Origin: a virus
Lineage: Duplodnaviria; Heunggongvirae; Uroviricota; Caudoviricetes
Strand: one strand, 5' to 3'
IMG/VR virus record: IMGVR_UViG_3300021400_000141
Span: 385,354-419,423 of that record
DNA length: 34,070 nucleotides
The notes below the pieces were generated by a model. The model was not told the origin of the DNA. It saw only the letters and a program-made list of their open reading frames with translations, and did no database searches. This document shows, piece by piece, positions 18,724 through 28,202 of the stretch (positions within the stretch are counted from its first letter, which is position 1; each line of letters starts with the position of its first letter). Made by a program: the position numbers and the translations under genes.

Positions 18724-19203
18724 TTACCCGTAGCAGGAGAAACGCTGGTCTTTGTCAATGTTTCCGTATTTCTTTTGGAACTCTAAGGCTTTCTTTGTGA
18801 GTTTCTTCGGAACCCAAACATCGCTGTAATTGATTTCCCAATACCATTCGCCACTGTCGAGGTCATCATAGCAGTCGCCGTCGCCAGTGAAGTAAATTAA
18901 ATTGACGGTCATTCCTGTCTTTTCCTTAAAGGCTTCCTTGACCTTATCGTAGGCTTCACGAACCTTGACCCAATTTTCATCTTCTGGGTCGAAGCCACAG
19001 CAGCCATCGTTGAAGCCATCGCCGCCATCATTGAGGGCATCGCTCATATCGGCTTCACCGTAGGTGTCACCGTCGCTGTCTCCCTTTTCCTTGAACGTGT
19101 CAAACTTTTTCTTGAAAGCGTTGAACAACTTTGCTCCAACCACTTTCTTGACGATTTTTTCTTCCACAATTTGGTGGTAAGATTCGATGTTTCCCATTGA
19201 CAT
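18724..19203 (-). CDS. Acidic D/G-rich hypothetical protein, 159 aa
   Basis: AGGAG RBS; promoter 19244-19272. Confidence 0.87.
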   Translation of the reverse strand: MSMGNIESYHQIVEEKIVKKVVGAKLFNAFKKKFDTFKEKGDSDGDTYGEADMSDALNDGGDGFNDGCCGFDPEDENWVKVREAYDKVKEAFKEKTGMTVNLIYFTGDGDCYDDLDSGEWYWEINYSDVWVPKKLTKKALEFQKKYGNIDKDQRFSCYG

Positions 19204-19441
19204 AGTAAACTCCTTTGTTTTGGTTTGTTGTTTCTATGTATATAATATACCTAATTAAATTGGTTTTGTCAATGGGTTATAAACACTTTTTGTGTAAAGT
19301 TTCGTTTACACCGTACACACAGAACCAACCGGCAGTTGCACCGGGTTTCCAGCTGCGGAGGGTGATAACCCAAGTTGAAAATCCTGTTGACACAGAAAGA
19401 AAACCCCCCAATTGGGGGGCCATCGGCAGTATGACCCAGGA

Positions 19442-20374
19442 TTAGGCCACCTTTACCGACTTCAACTGTCCTACGATGTCAAGGATGTTGTTCATGGGCT
19501 TGAAGCAAGTGTTCATGAACTGCGAGTCATCGTAGCGACCCTTACGGATGCTAGTGTGGGTGATGTAGTCGGTGTAAGCGTTGACCAATCCCCAAGCGTT
19601 GCCCTTGTGGTTTTGGTTGTCGTTTGCATCGAGCATCTTGGCGAAAGCGCTCTTTTGACTTGCAAGCACCAACTTTGCACGTTCATCCGCATTAGCGGGA
19701 GTCGGGAACAGCATGTTAAGAGCGAGTTCCGTTTCGCTCTTGCTGAGTTTGATTCCTGCGAACTGCTTTGCAATCTCGTTGAGTTTGCCCATGTACTGTG
19801 CCACTCCCTGCAAAACATACTTTGCTTCTTCCATGCGTTCATTAACCCTTGCCGAATGGCGAATGTTGATGGTGTTCTCAACGTGCTTGAAAGCAAAGTT
19901 GAACTGGTTTTGGCACACGATGCGGAGCGGAGTAATCGCAGCGGACAACTGATACTTTCCGTTGAACGAATTACGGAAAATAACATAGGGCTTGAAAACA
20001 TCACCCAAGATGTCTACCTCGGGGAGTTCGGCAATAAGGTAAATCATGCCTGTGTGGGTCATGCCCCCCTTGACGAATTTCAAGCCGTCGCTGATGTAGT
20101 CAACGAATGCAAAGCCATCCCGGTTCTGCACGACCTCGTACTTTTCACCCACGGTTCCCAGGATGTGCTTTGTGGGCTTATCATCCTTGATGGTGGTGTA
20201 GGTGGTCGCCACCATTTCGGGGATGCGAGTTCCGTCTGCAAGGTAGAGGGTTTCCTTTTGCACCTCGTAGTTGAGTTTTGCCTTGGTGAGGGCATCATCT
20301 ACCGTTGTGCTGTCAAGGGTGGTGCCGATGCTTGCCCAAGAAGCGATGCGGGGAAGAGAAATGATGTCTGCCAT
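19442..20374 (-). CDS. DUF932 family (phage/plasmid-like, TIGR03299-type) protein, 310 aa
   Basis: W..IGT..D....ALTKAKLNYEV.K, LGTVGEKYEVVQNRDGFAF, TPLRIVCQN and NAWGLVNAYTDY motifs. Confidence 0.88.
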   Translation of the reverse strand: MADIISLPRIASWASIGTTLDSTTVDDALTKAKLNYEVQKETLYLADGTRIPEMVATTYTTIKDDKPTKHILGTVGEKYEVVQNRDGFAFVDYISDGLKFVKGGMTHTGMIYLIAELPEVDILGDVFKPYVIFRNSFNGKYQLSAAITPLRIVCQNQFNFAFKHVENTINIRHSARVNERMEEAKYVLQGVAQYMGKLNEIAKQFAGIKLSKSETELALNMLFPTPANADERAKLVLASQKSAFAKMLDANDNQNHKGNAWGLVNAYTDYITHTSIRKGRYDDSQFMNTCFKPMNNILDIVGQLKSVKVA

Positions 20375-20595
20375 AATGTATCTCCTTGTTTGGATGTTTT
20401 TTGTTGTTTGTGTTAATTACGTAATTAAATATAACTAATTGGATTTGGTTTGTCAAGAGGTAAACCGAATTTATTTTAACTTTTTTCCATCACCAGCGTC
20501 GTCCTGCGGCGAAGGCGGAAAGGGTGATAACCCAAGTTGGAAATCTCGTTGAAACAAAGTTAAAACCCCGCCCAAAAGGGCAGGGCTGTATATGA

Positions 20596-20850
20596 TTAGA
20601 CTACGCAAACGGTATAGATGTGCTTTTTATCTGCTTTGTTAAGCCTTTCTGCCCTTTCGTTAGCCGCTTTGAGAGTGTCCCACGAACTGTTATGAGAACG
20701 GAACTCGTCAACCACCATAAACCCAAATGGGTATCCATCTGGGGGCTGAACCCTCTCCCCATCTATAACAGCACCAATCTGCTTGCCCAAAACAATGCCA
20801 TCTTTGATTACAACATTGTTTGCAACATAGAGTTCATCACTTGCATCCAT
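20596..20850 (-). CDS. Hypothetical protein, 84 aa
   Basis: AGGGGG RBS. Confidence 0.8.
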   Translation of the reverse strand: MDASDELYVANNVVIKDGIVLGKQIGAVIDGERVQPPDGYPFGFMVVDEFRSHNSSWDTLKAANERAERLNKADKKHIYTVCVV

Positions 20851-20867
20851 AGTTAATAACCCCCTGC

Positions 20868-21125
20868 TTAAATATCCACATCAATGTTGGAATAGTTGGA
20901 AAGTTTGTTTACATCTTCAATCAACTCACTAGGGAGTTCAACATTGTCGTTAAGCCAACCCAAAGGGATGTAATTGTTGCCACCGCCAACTTTGACCTCT
21001 CCTGCCTTATACTTGTTCTTAATGCAGGTGGAATCACCGCTTGCAACAGCCTTGATTTCTTTTTCGGTCAGTTCCACCTCTGCATAAAGGCGAAACCCGA
21101 TTTTGTATTTCTTTTCTTGTGCCAT
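20868..21125 (-). CDS. Hypothetical protein, 85 aa
   Basis: AGGAGA RBS. Confidence 0.83.
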   Translation of the reverse strand: MAQEKKYKIGFRLYAEVELTEKEIKAVASGDSTCIKNKYKAGEVKVGGGNNYIPLGWLNDNVELPSELIEDVNKLSNYSNIDVDI

Positions 21126-21136
21126 AGATTGTCTCC

Positions 21137-21526
21137 TTATGAGTTTGCCTGATTAGATGCCAATTCTTCCATATCCTGAACAATGGTTAAGGCAATAGAA
21201 AAAATCGTGTGAATGGGGCGAACCTTTGTTGCAACCACATACTTCATCGCATCTGCGTTGAGCGAGAGGTTGCGGATACTCACTTGAACGGCAGGCTCTT
21301 TCTTCTTGTGCTTTACCCACATCGGAGCAAGGCAAAGCGAGAAGCCCTTAGTCTTGAACTGAAACACAGTGCCGATTTTCTTCTTGTTGATTTTGGTCTT
21401 GACAAGGCTCCCATCACAGCACATTTCAAGCCCGAGTTCGGGAATAGTCTCACTTACATTATAAAACGCTAGCCTAACATCGTGGACTTCGTGTGTGTTG
21501 AAATAGTCTCTTTCATAATAGGTCAT
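21137..21526 (-). CDS. Hypothetical protein, 129 aa; start corrected to MTYYERD
   Basis: GAGG RBS and promoter 21554-21582 lie inside the longer ORF-track call. Confidence 0.83.
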   Translation of the reverse strand: MTYYERDYFNTHEVHDVRLAFYNVSETIPELGLEMCCDGSLVKTKINKKKIGTVFQFKTKGFSLCLAPMWVKHKKKEPAVQVSIRNLSLNADAMKYVVATKVRPIHTIFSIALTIVQDMEELASNQANS

Positions 21527-21725
21527 AGGTTTACCTCGTTTGTTTATATCTATAATATACTTAATTAAATCTAATTTGTCAATAGTTTTTATAAAAAAAT
21601 TTTCTCGACCGACGAGATGACCCCGGGTCGATTCCAGCGGCAAGGGGTGATAACCCAAGTTGAAATCAAAAATAAAAAATAAAAAATAACCCCCTCTTGC
21701 GAGGGGGGCAGGGAGTTGGCACAAA

Positions 21726-22223
21726 CTATTCGTGTTTTTCCACTTTGAGGATAACCCATTCTTCCTTGCTGTCTTTCGTGGCAGGGATAATTTCGATTGC
21801 TCTTGCTTTTGCTTTCGTCTCCGCTTCCTTTTCGCTTGTGGCAATGATTTCCATTTGCAGGGCAGCACCAGAGAGGTCTCGATGCGTCAATTCCACTTCA
21901 AACTTGACGCTTGCATTTTCAGTTTCATACTGATACTTTTCAAGCACACAGTTCTCTATGTGCTCACGCAATGCCCTCGTGATAGGGAACACGGTGGAAC
22001 GGAGGTCTTCTCCCTTGTAGAACGGGTCATTGGGGTAGCCAACAAACATACCATACTCACCGTCCATAATACGAAGACCCCTGATAGTAAGTTGGTCATT
22101 CAGAACCACCGTTGCAAGCCCAAGAATGTTGCCACATCTTGCACCATCACGGAAAGGGTAAACCTGAACAGATGTGACGGACAGACATTCAAATCCGTTT
22201 TCTGCTTTCTTTTTTGTAGCCAT
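21726..22223 (-). CDS. spoVG: SpoVG family nucleic-acid-binding protein with ~70-aa C-terminal extension
   Basis: VTSVQVYP...LGLATVVLNDQLTIRGLRIMDGEYGMFVGYP...FPITRALREHIENCVLEKY is the SpoVG signature. Confidence 0.9.
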   Translation of the reverse strand: MATKKKAENGFECLSVTSVQVYPFRDGARCGNILGLATVVLNDQLTIRGLRIMDGEYGMFVGYPNDPFYKGEDLRSTVFPITRALREHIENCVLEKYQYETENASVKFEVELTHRDLSGAALQMEIIATSEKEAETKAKARAIEIIPATKDSKEEWVILKVEKHE

Positions 22224-22318
22224 ATTTAACCTCGCTTGTTTGTTGTTTCTATATTAAATATAGTTAATTAAATTCAGTTTGTCAATAGGGTTTAACCATT
22301 TTTTGTGTAAAGACTGGT

Positions 22319-22738
22319 TTATAACCATTGAGCATCTAATCCAGCAGACTTGATTTCCTCAATGGCTCTGTTAATTGTGTCATATCGTTCTCTGATATTA
22401 CACTCAACCTTTTTAGTAGTAGAAACTACCAACTTTATTGTTTTGTCCTTGTTGCGGCCTAACCCACGAACTGCAAATGTGTATGGTGCATTTGGGTAGT
22501 GAGAACCGTCATACCCAATGTGGCTAATATACAGGTTTTTCTTCGTGATGATAGCCTTTATAGTTTCATACTGGGCTGACAACTCTGTATCAACCGTCAT
22601 TCTTGACAGAATGTCTTGAACCCATGATGACAACCCATACACCATTTGGATATACTCCATTTTTGCTACCAACTCTGGCGGCACGCTAAATGAGTATGTT
22701 TTTGCAACTCTATCTCTGCCTTTCGGTGGTCTTCCCAT
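22319..22738 (-). CDS. Putative DNA-binding protein (ribbon-helix-helix-like N-terminus), 139 aa
   Basis: MGRPPKG...KTYSFSVPPELVAKM...LSSWVQDIL: alternating beta ribbon followed by two helices. Confidence 0.6.
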   Translation of the reverse strand: MGRPPKGRDRVAKTYSFSVPPELVAKMEYIQMVYGLSSWVQDILSRMTVDTELSAQYETIKAIITKKNLYISHIGYDGSHYPNAPYTFAVRGLGRNKDKTIKLVVSTTKKVECNIRERYDTINRAIEEIKSAGLDAQWL

Positions 22739-22966
22739 AGATTTACCTCATTGTTTGATTTCTATATGAATAATATAGATTATTAAATCGGTTTTGTCAA
22801 TAGGGTTTTAACCATTTTTGTGTAAAGAATTAGATACAAACATTGGGTTAAACCCAGTCGTCAGACCCCTGTTTGGGACGACTGTTTCCAGGCCAGGGGT
22901 GATAACCCAAGTTGGAAATCTCGTTGAAACAAAGTTAAAGCCCCTGTCGGGGCTATGGTGAAATCA

Positions 22967-23410
22967 TTATTTAAGCAATGCTTTCTTAATGTTTCCAAGA
23001 GTGGTATCAATCAGTTTGTTCAACTCCGCTTTGGAAATGACGGAATATGAAGATTCTGGGTCAACATAGCAAGAGTCTTTTTCCATAGGACGGATGCACG
23101 GTTCATCGTCCACGTTGAGGCAAATACGTGAGTATTCAATACGGAAGCACGTCTTATACTTCTTGCTCCATTCTATCTTGCGGATAATGCCGTAGGTTAT
23201 TACCCTTGTGTTCAAGTCAATGATGTCGTTACGGAAAACCAACACCTTTCCATCCAACTTCTTGTGGATGATGTTCAGTATTCGGGTATGGTGTTCGTCC
23301 ATCAGATTTTCATTCCAAATAAGACCAGACCCACCTGCGTAGCCGTAATCCTTATGTTCGCTAAGTTCGGCAATCAACTTGCTGTCAAATAGTTTTACAG
23401 ACTTTGCCAT
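22967..23410 (-). CDS. Hypothetical protein, 147 aa
   Basis: AGGAG RBS; follows second SpoVG after ~150-bp gap. Confidence 0.85.
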   Translation of the reverse strand: MAKSVKLFDSKLIAELSEHKDYGYAGGSGLIWNENLMDEHHTRILNIIHKKLDGKVLVFRNDIIDLNTRVITYGIIRKIEWSKKYKTCFRIEYSRICLNVDDEPCIRPMEKDSCYVDPESSYSVISKAELNKLIDTTLGNIKKALLK

Positions 23411-23558
23411 AATAGAACTCCTTTTTAATCGTCTTTTCTAATGAAATAAATCCTGCGGATTCGTTTGCACTCTGGACACCAACCCCTAGTCCAAGAACGG
23501 CAGGAAATATCTAGCGGGAAATGGTGGTGGCAAACGCCGCAACGAAATATAGGCATAA

Positions 23559-23864
23559 CTACCTCACCTCGTTGAACTTGTTAAGCACCACCGCTTCGAT
23601 GTAGGAACGCAAGTCGTCTCTCGACGGGGCAACCACGCTTCGTGCATCCTCACCCTTGTAGAAAGGGTCAAGCGGGTAAGCCACGAACAGACCATTCGGC
23701 CCGTCCATAATACGCAAGCCACGAACAACGATAGCATCGTTGAGCGTAATCGTCGCCAAGCCCTTTGTATACATCAGCGTTTTAGTTTCCTTGAACGGAA
23801 ACACCAGAACTTGTGTTACCTTGATACCGCAATTCGGTTCAATCTCTTGATACTTGTCTGCCAT
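23559..23864 (-). CDS. spoVG: SpoVG family protein, 101 aa
   Basis: IKVTQVLVFP...KGLATITLNDAIVVRGLRIMDGPNGLFVAYP...YIEAVVLNKF. Confidence 0.9.
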   Translation of the reverse strand: MADKYQEIEPNCGIKVTQVLVFPFKETKTLMYTKGLATITLNDAIVVRGLRIMDGPNGLFVAYPLDPFYKGEDARSVVAPSRDDLRSYIEAVVLNKFNEVR

Positions 23865-24072
23865 AGTAAACCTCGCTTGTTTGTTTCTATGTTATAAATA
23901 TAGTTAATTAAATTCAGTTTGTCAATAGGATTTTAAAAAATTTCTGTAAAGTTTTCGACACAATGTTATCGGCAGAGCCTCCGCCTGGAAGCGAAGGAAC
24001 AGGGGTGATAACCCAAGTTGAAAATCGAAAAATAAAAAATAAAAAATCCCCTCTTGCGAGGGGGAAAATTCG

Positions 24073-24861
24073 CTATACGCTTTCTCCGAAGACAATACCC
24101 ACTCGTTGGTCTTCGGTAAGGTATTCGTCGCTGTCAGCGTTCAGGCGTTCATCGTAGTCCACCAAGCCAGTTTCGTGGTTCGGGAAATACCCATCGTCTA
24201 CATCAGCGTTGAGCAAGCCAAGTCGGTCGAGCATATTGTAGGCTTCATCGACATCAATGTCATATTTGTCTTTTTCTTCCCAACCGTTGGCCTTGTCGTA
24301 AGTGAACACTCCGTAGTATTCCGTCACCTGCTCCTCTCCCCATTCGCAGCGGAACTCAATGTCGGGATAAAGTTCACAAATCTTTTTCATCAAGCCAACG
24401 GCCGGGCCCCAAGCACAATCGGTCTTAATAACGATTTCACCAGTGCTGTCAAAATTGGAGTGCAAGTCATCTTTTGTCTCAATGACTTCTCCATAATCGT
24501 TAAGGAACGCAGTGTGGCAAAAGCCCCACTTTGAACCCCATTCCTCACAGCAAAAATCATACCAATCGGCATAGCCGTAGTCTTTGAGGTTCTGCTCCCT
24601 CTGCTTCTCTTGGGCTTCCTTGTCATAGGTGGGGTTCGTCTTGAACTCGTTGTCGCCTTGCAGGATTTCCCCCATACTCATCAGTTTGATAATGCCCTCT
24701 GGCCTCGGGATAATGCTGTCGTTATCCAACTCCAAAAGGCTCTCGCTCCAATTCCTCTCGTTAAGCACAATAACGTGCTTGTCGATGAAAGTGTGGAGTT
24801 GCTTTTTCGCTTCGTCCGTCTTTGCGGTAAGCGTAATAAGGTTGTTGTTCCAATTAGGCAT
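24073..24861 (-). CDS. DUF1281/YubB (Api92-like ferredoxin-like domain) protein, acidic, 262 aa
   Basis: MPNWNNN start, DWYDFCCEEWGSKWG and TDCAWGP motifs match the MPNWCxN / WGTKW / TAWxPP family. Confidence 0.75.
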   Translation of the reverse strand: MPNWNNNLITLTAKTDEAKKQLHTFIDKHVIVLNERNWSESLLELDNDSIIPRPEGIIKLMSMGEILQGDNEFKTNPTYDKEAQEKQREQNLKDYGYADWYDFCCEEWGSKWGFCHTAFLNDYGEVIETKDDLHSNFDSTGEIVIKTDCAWGPAVGLMKKICELYPDIEFRCEWGEEQVTEYYGVFTYDKANGWEEKDKYDIDVDEAYNMLDRLGLLNADVDDGYFPNHETGLVDYDERLNADSDEYLTEDQRVGIVFGESV

Positions 24862-25092
24862 AGGTCATTCTCCGTTGTTGATGTTTCTATGTTATAAATA
24901 TAGATAATTAAATTCAGTTTGTCAATAGTTTTTTAAAAATTTTTATTAAAAAATCTACTGCCACTCCTGTCGTCAAATCCCTGTTGGGACTGCTGGGCCC
25001 CGTTAAGGGGGTGATAACCCAAGTTGAAAATCATGTGGCAACCTGTTAAAACCCCCTTTCGGGGGCAGTTATAACAGGCGGTTGGCAGTAGC

Positions 25093-25239
25093 CTAGTCGT
25101 CTCCGTCGTCGCACTCGTCTATGAGGTCAACAATCGCACTCACAGAGAGCCATTCTTCATTGACATAGCAACCGCTTTCATCGTTCAGGTCGCCATACTT
25201 TGCTTCAATCTTGTCTTTCAGTTCTTGTGCGTTTACCAT
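25093..25239 (-). CDS. Very acidic 48-aa protein (absent from ORF track): MVNAQELKDKIEAKYGDLNDESGCYVNEEWLSVSAIVDLIDECDDGDD
   Basis: Translated by hand; AGGAGA RBS; fills gap between 25257..25451 and terminator at ~25050-25065. Confidence 0.8.
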   Translation of the reverse strand: MVNAQELKDKIEAKYGDLNDESGCYVNEEWLSVSAIVDLIDECDDGDD

Positions 25240-25256
25240 AGTTGGTCTCCTTTTGG

Positions 25257-25451
25257 TTAGTTGTGGTCGGATAAGTCTTTATCGACAATGCTGATAACGA
25301 GCATAAAAGCCCACAGCATAAAGAACGGCAATAAGCCAATGGCTTTATGGATGCTCTCTTGTGCGGTTGTGTAAGCCCCATAGATGAACAAGATAAGCCC
25401 TATGCCCATTTCGGCATAGAAGAACTTGCGTAATAGTTTTATAGATTTCAT
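25257..25451 (-). CDS. Small two-helix membrane protein, 64 aa
   Basis: Two hydrophobic segments; GGAGA RBS; promoter 25486-25514. Confidence 0.82.
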   Translation of the reverse strand: MKSIKLLRKFFYAEMGIGLILFIYGAYTTAQESIHKAIGLLPFFMLWAFMLVISIVDKDLSDHN

Positions 25452-25671
25452 AAGGTGTCTCCATTGTTAATGTTTCTATATCTATAATATACCTAATTAA
25501 ATCTAGTTTGTCAATAGGGGTTATCAACTTTTTGTGTAAACTTTGTTTAACAACCCGATGTCCAATCGAGGGCGGAAGCAGAGCTCCTCGACTCCAGGAC
25601 ATCGCAGGGTGATAACCCAAGTTGGATATCCAGCCCTGCCAAAAAGAAATGCCCCTTTCGGGGCGGTTATG

Positions 25672-26136
25672 TTAGTCTCCATTGTTAATGTTAAAGATTT
25701 CCAAAATCTTGTCCGCCAATTCGCACCCCTTTGATTTGGGAATACCTGCATAATCACGAAGCCAGCAAAGAACAACACCAAACGGTTTATCTTCGTCTGG
25801 TCTGGCACTTGTTCCCAAGATACCTTCTCGTGTCAGTCCAAGTTCCTTTATGAGTTTTTTTGCTTTTTGTTTAAGTGCTTTTTCTTTCATAAGGAAATCT
25901 TTTGATACTTCAACATCTTCGGGCTTTACCGCAAGAATAAGACCTCCCTCGCCACTATATTTTGGCAACTCATTACCGCTATCATAGACTTTCCCATTCA
26001 TACTTCTCTGAACCATATAGCAACCCTCGTAGGAAAACAGATATACAAATTCCGTTCCTACCTCAAATTGCCTGCCAATGCCGTAGCACTTGATATAGTT
26101 CTTTGCGACAAGCACCGTTCCCTTTTTCAAAGCCAT
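25672..26136 (-). CDS. Hypothetical protein, 154 aa
   Basis: AGGGG RBS. Confidence 0.85.
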   Translation of the reverse strand: MALKKGTVLVAKNYIKCYGIGRQFEVGTEFVYLFSYEGCYMVQRSMNGKVYDSGNELPKYSGEGGLILAVKPEDVEVSKDFLMKEKALKQKAKKLIKELGLTREGILGTSARPDEDKPFGVVLCWLRDYAGIPKSKGCELADKILEIFNINNGD

Positions 26137-26147
26137 AGTAAACCCCC

Positions 26148-26375
26148 TTACACCGTAGTCGTGCTATCGGCAAATGCCTTAATGTCGCTTTCGTCAATGA
26201 GAGTGTCCACAACGGCACAATCAAGGTCATCTTCATCTTCAAAGCAATTAGCAGACAATGCTCGTTCAAGGGCTTCATCTTCCGAGAGTTCATCTTCGCT
26301 ACGCACCATAAAAGAATAGCCGTGCGAGCGAGAGACCACATCAATCTTGTAGTAGTAATAGTTTCCGTTCTTCAT
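26148..26375 (-). CDS. Small acidic protein, 75 aa
   Basis: GAGG RBS; promoter 26410-26438. Confidence 0.85.
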   Translation of the reverse strand: MKNGNYYYYKIDVVSRSHGYSFMVRSEDELSEDEALERALSANCFEDEDDLDCAVVDTLIDESDIKAFADSTTTV

Positions 26376-26600
26376 TTTAGACCTCGTTGTTTGTTGTTTC
26401 TATGCCTATAATATACCTAATTAAATCTAGTTTGTCAATAGGTCATAGCAATTTTTGTGTAAAGTTTTGTAAACTGATGTCAATTCGAGAACCCAACCGT
26501 GGGGATTCGAGTCGGTGACATCTGGGGTGATAACCCAAGTTGAAACCCAAGTGCGGACAAATGGAAACCCCCTCTGGTGAGGGGGCGGTGATTAAAGATT

Positions 26601-26993
26601 TTATTTCTTCTTAATGCGGTTATACACTTGTTCGCACAAGGCTTTCACCCCTGCTTCATCTTTTTTGTCGCACAGGTCGCAATACCTATTGTATTCATCA
26701 TCGGTCATGTCCTCGAAGTAGAACACCTTATGGTCAATGGTGATGTTCTCATAGTCACGCCACAGTTCGTCCATTTGGTGGTCGTTGTCGTCATCGTGCC
26801 CTTTCTTGTAGGGAGACCAATGGGGGTTTGCTTTTGCCGCTGCGTCTAACTTATGGGCAATGTCGTCAATGTCGTTGTCGGTCAGTAGGTCACAGCAAAT
26901 TGCCGCACCTGCATCTTCCCAATCTTCGGCACAGACGGTGAACACTCGACCGCTAGGGAGAGTGATGTCAATTTTCTTGTTGCTAGCATACAT
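26601..26993 (-). CDS. Acidic hypothetical protein, 130 aa
   Basis: GAGG RBS; promoter 27032-27060. Confidence 0.86.
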   Translation of the reverse strand: MYASNKKIDITLPSGRVFTVCAEDWEDAGAAICCDLLTDNDIDDIAHKLDAAAKANPHWSPYKKGHDDDNDHQMDELWRDYENITIDHKVFYFEDMTDDEYNRYCDLCDKKDEAGVKALCEQVYNRIKKK

Positions 26994-27215
26994 AATATAC
27001 CTCGTTGTTTATGGTTGTTGCTTCTATTATAAATATAGTTAATTAAATCTAGTTTGTCAATACCTAATTAAAAATTTTTTCTCACGGTGAAATCGGGGTC
27101 AGCACTCGTGCTCCCGGGACTTCCTGCTCGCAATGGGTGATAACCCAAGTTGAACATCGGGTGCAACACGAGAATAACCCCCCACCCTTTCGGGCAGGGG
27201 GTTAACAACGAGGGG

Positions 27216-27737
27216 TTAGAAAAGGTAATTTTTTCCGCCCATTGGGAACGAGCGGGAGAAACAAGGTTTCGCCAATGTTTCGCACAGAACGCTACGGCTC
27301 ACTTCATCTTCGTTCTTTTCAAGCCAAGCCTTGCCACGCTTGTTGAGAATCCTTATGTCGGCAGAATTAGTGCCATCGTGGTGATAGCCGTTGATATGGA
27401 ATCCGTCTTTGTCTTGCCAAATCTTGATGTTGTCGCAGGAACTGAACAAGCCGAGCAGGTCATCCACATCCTTCAACACCTTGCCGCCACGAACATTGCC
27501 ATACCACAAGCCAGAATACCCAACCGCAACCATAGGGAACAACTTGCAAGACTTCATGTTGTCCTTAAAGTCGTCATGCTCCATTTGCAGGGTGTCATTG
27601 ACATAGTTCCAATAGTCCTTAGAGTTTTCTTCTTCGGGCTCTCTATCGTTGGCCTCGCAGTTCTCAACATATTCGGAATAGGGTATATCCCTTTCGGTGT
27701 CAAGGGCGACCCATTCGGTAATCTTTTCTTTCTTCAT
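27216..27737 (-). CDS. Hypothetical protein (GLWYG...HHDGTN motif), 173 aa
   Basis: GGAGG RBS; promoter 27765-27793. Confidence 0.88.
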   Translation of the reverse strand: MKKEKITEWVALDTERDIPYSEYVENCEANDREPEEENSKDYWNYVNDTLQMEHDDFKDNMKSCKLFPMVAVGYSGLWYGNVRGGKVLKDVDDLLGLFSSCDNIKIWQDKDGFHINGYHHDGTNSADIRILNKRGKAWLEKNEDEVSRSVLCETLAKPCFSRSFPMGGKNYLF

Positions 27738-27936
27738 AGTTAAACCTCCGTTGTTTGTATATATAATATAGATAATTAAATTCAGTTTGTCAATAGGTTA
27801 TAACATTTTTTGTGTAAAGTTTTAGAAACAAGGTGAATGAAACAGAGAGCATCGACGCCGCCCGTGCCAGGGGTGATAACCCAAGTTGAACATCTGGGGT
27901 GAGCCAAAAGAAAACCCCTCATTCGAGGGGCGAGGT

Positions 27937-28200
27937 TCAGCCGTAAGTCTTGCGATACCATTCCCAAAACGGGTCATACGGGCCTTTCTTACATACCAAC
28001 GGACGGAACACACCGAACTTTTTTGCGACTTCAATGGCGTGTTCTTTTTGCAGGACAATTTCCTTTTGCTTTCCGTTCACTTTGATAGGCGTTTTGGTTG
28101 TCTCTATATTTGATTTAACATTGATATAGATTGTCCTTTTAACGACCCTATATTTATGAACGATAAACCATTCCCTTATTTTCTTGATTAGCCGTCTCAT
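27937..28200 (-). CDS. Basic hypothetical protein, 87 aa
   Basis: Coupled to 28203..28463. Confidence 0.78.
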   Translation of the reverse strand: MRRLIKKIREWFIVHKYRVVKRTIYINVKSNIETTKTPIKVNGKQKEIVLQKEHAIEVAKKFGVFRPLVCKKGPYDPFWEWYRKTYG

Positions 28201-28202
28201 AG

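Noticed and set aside
14996-20416. Long plus-strand ORFs (14996..16009, 19412..20416; also 4928..5653, 8117..8908, 11930..12589)
   Set aside because: Antisense shadows of well-supported minus-strand genes; no RBS or promoter, and protein composition is implausible.
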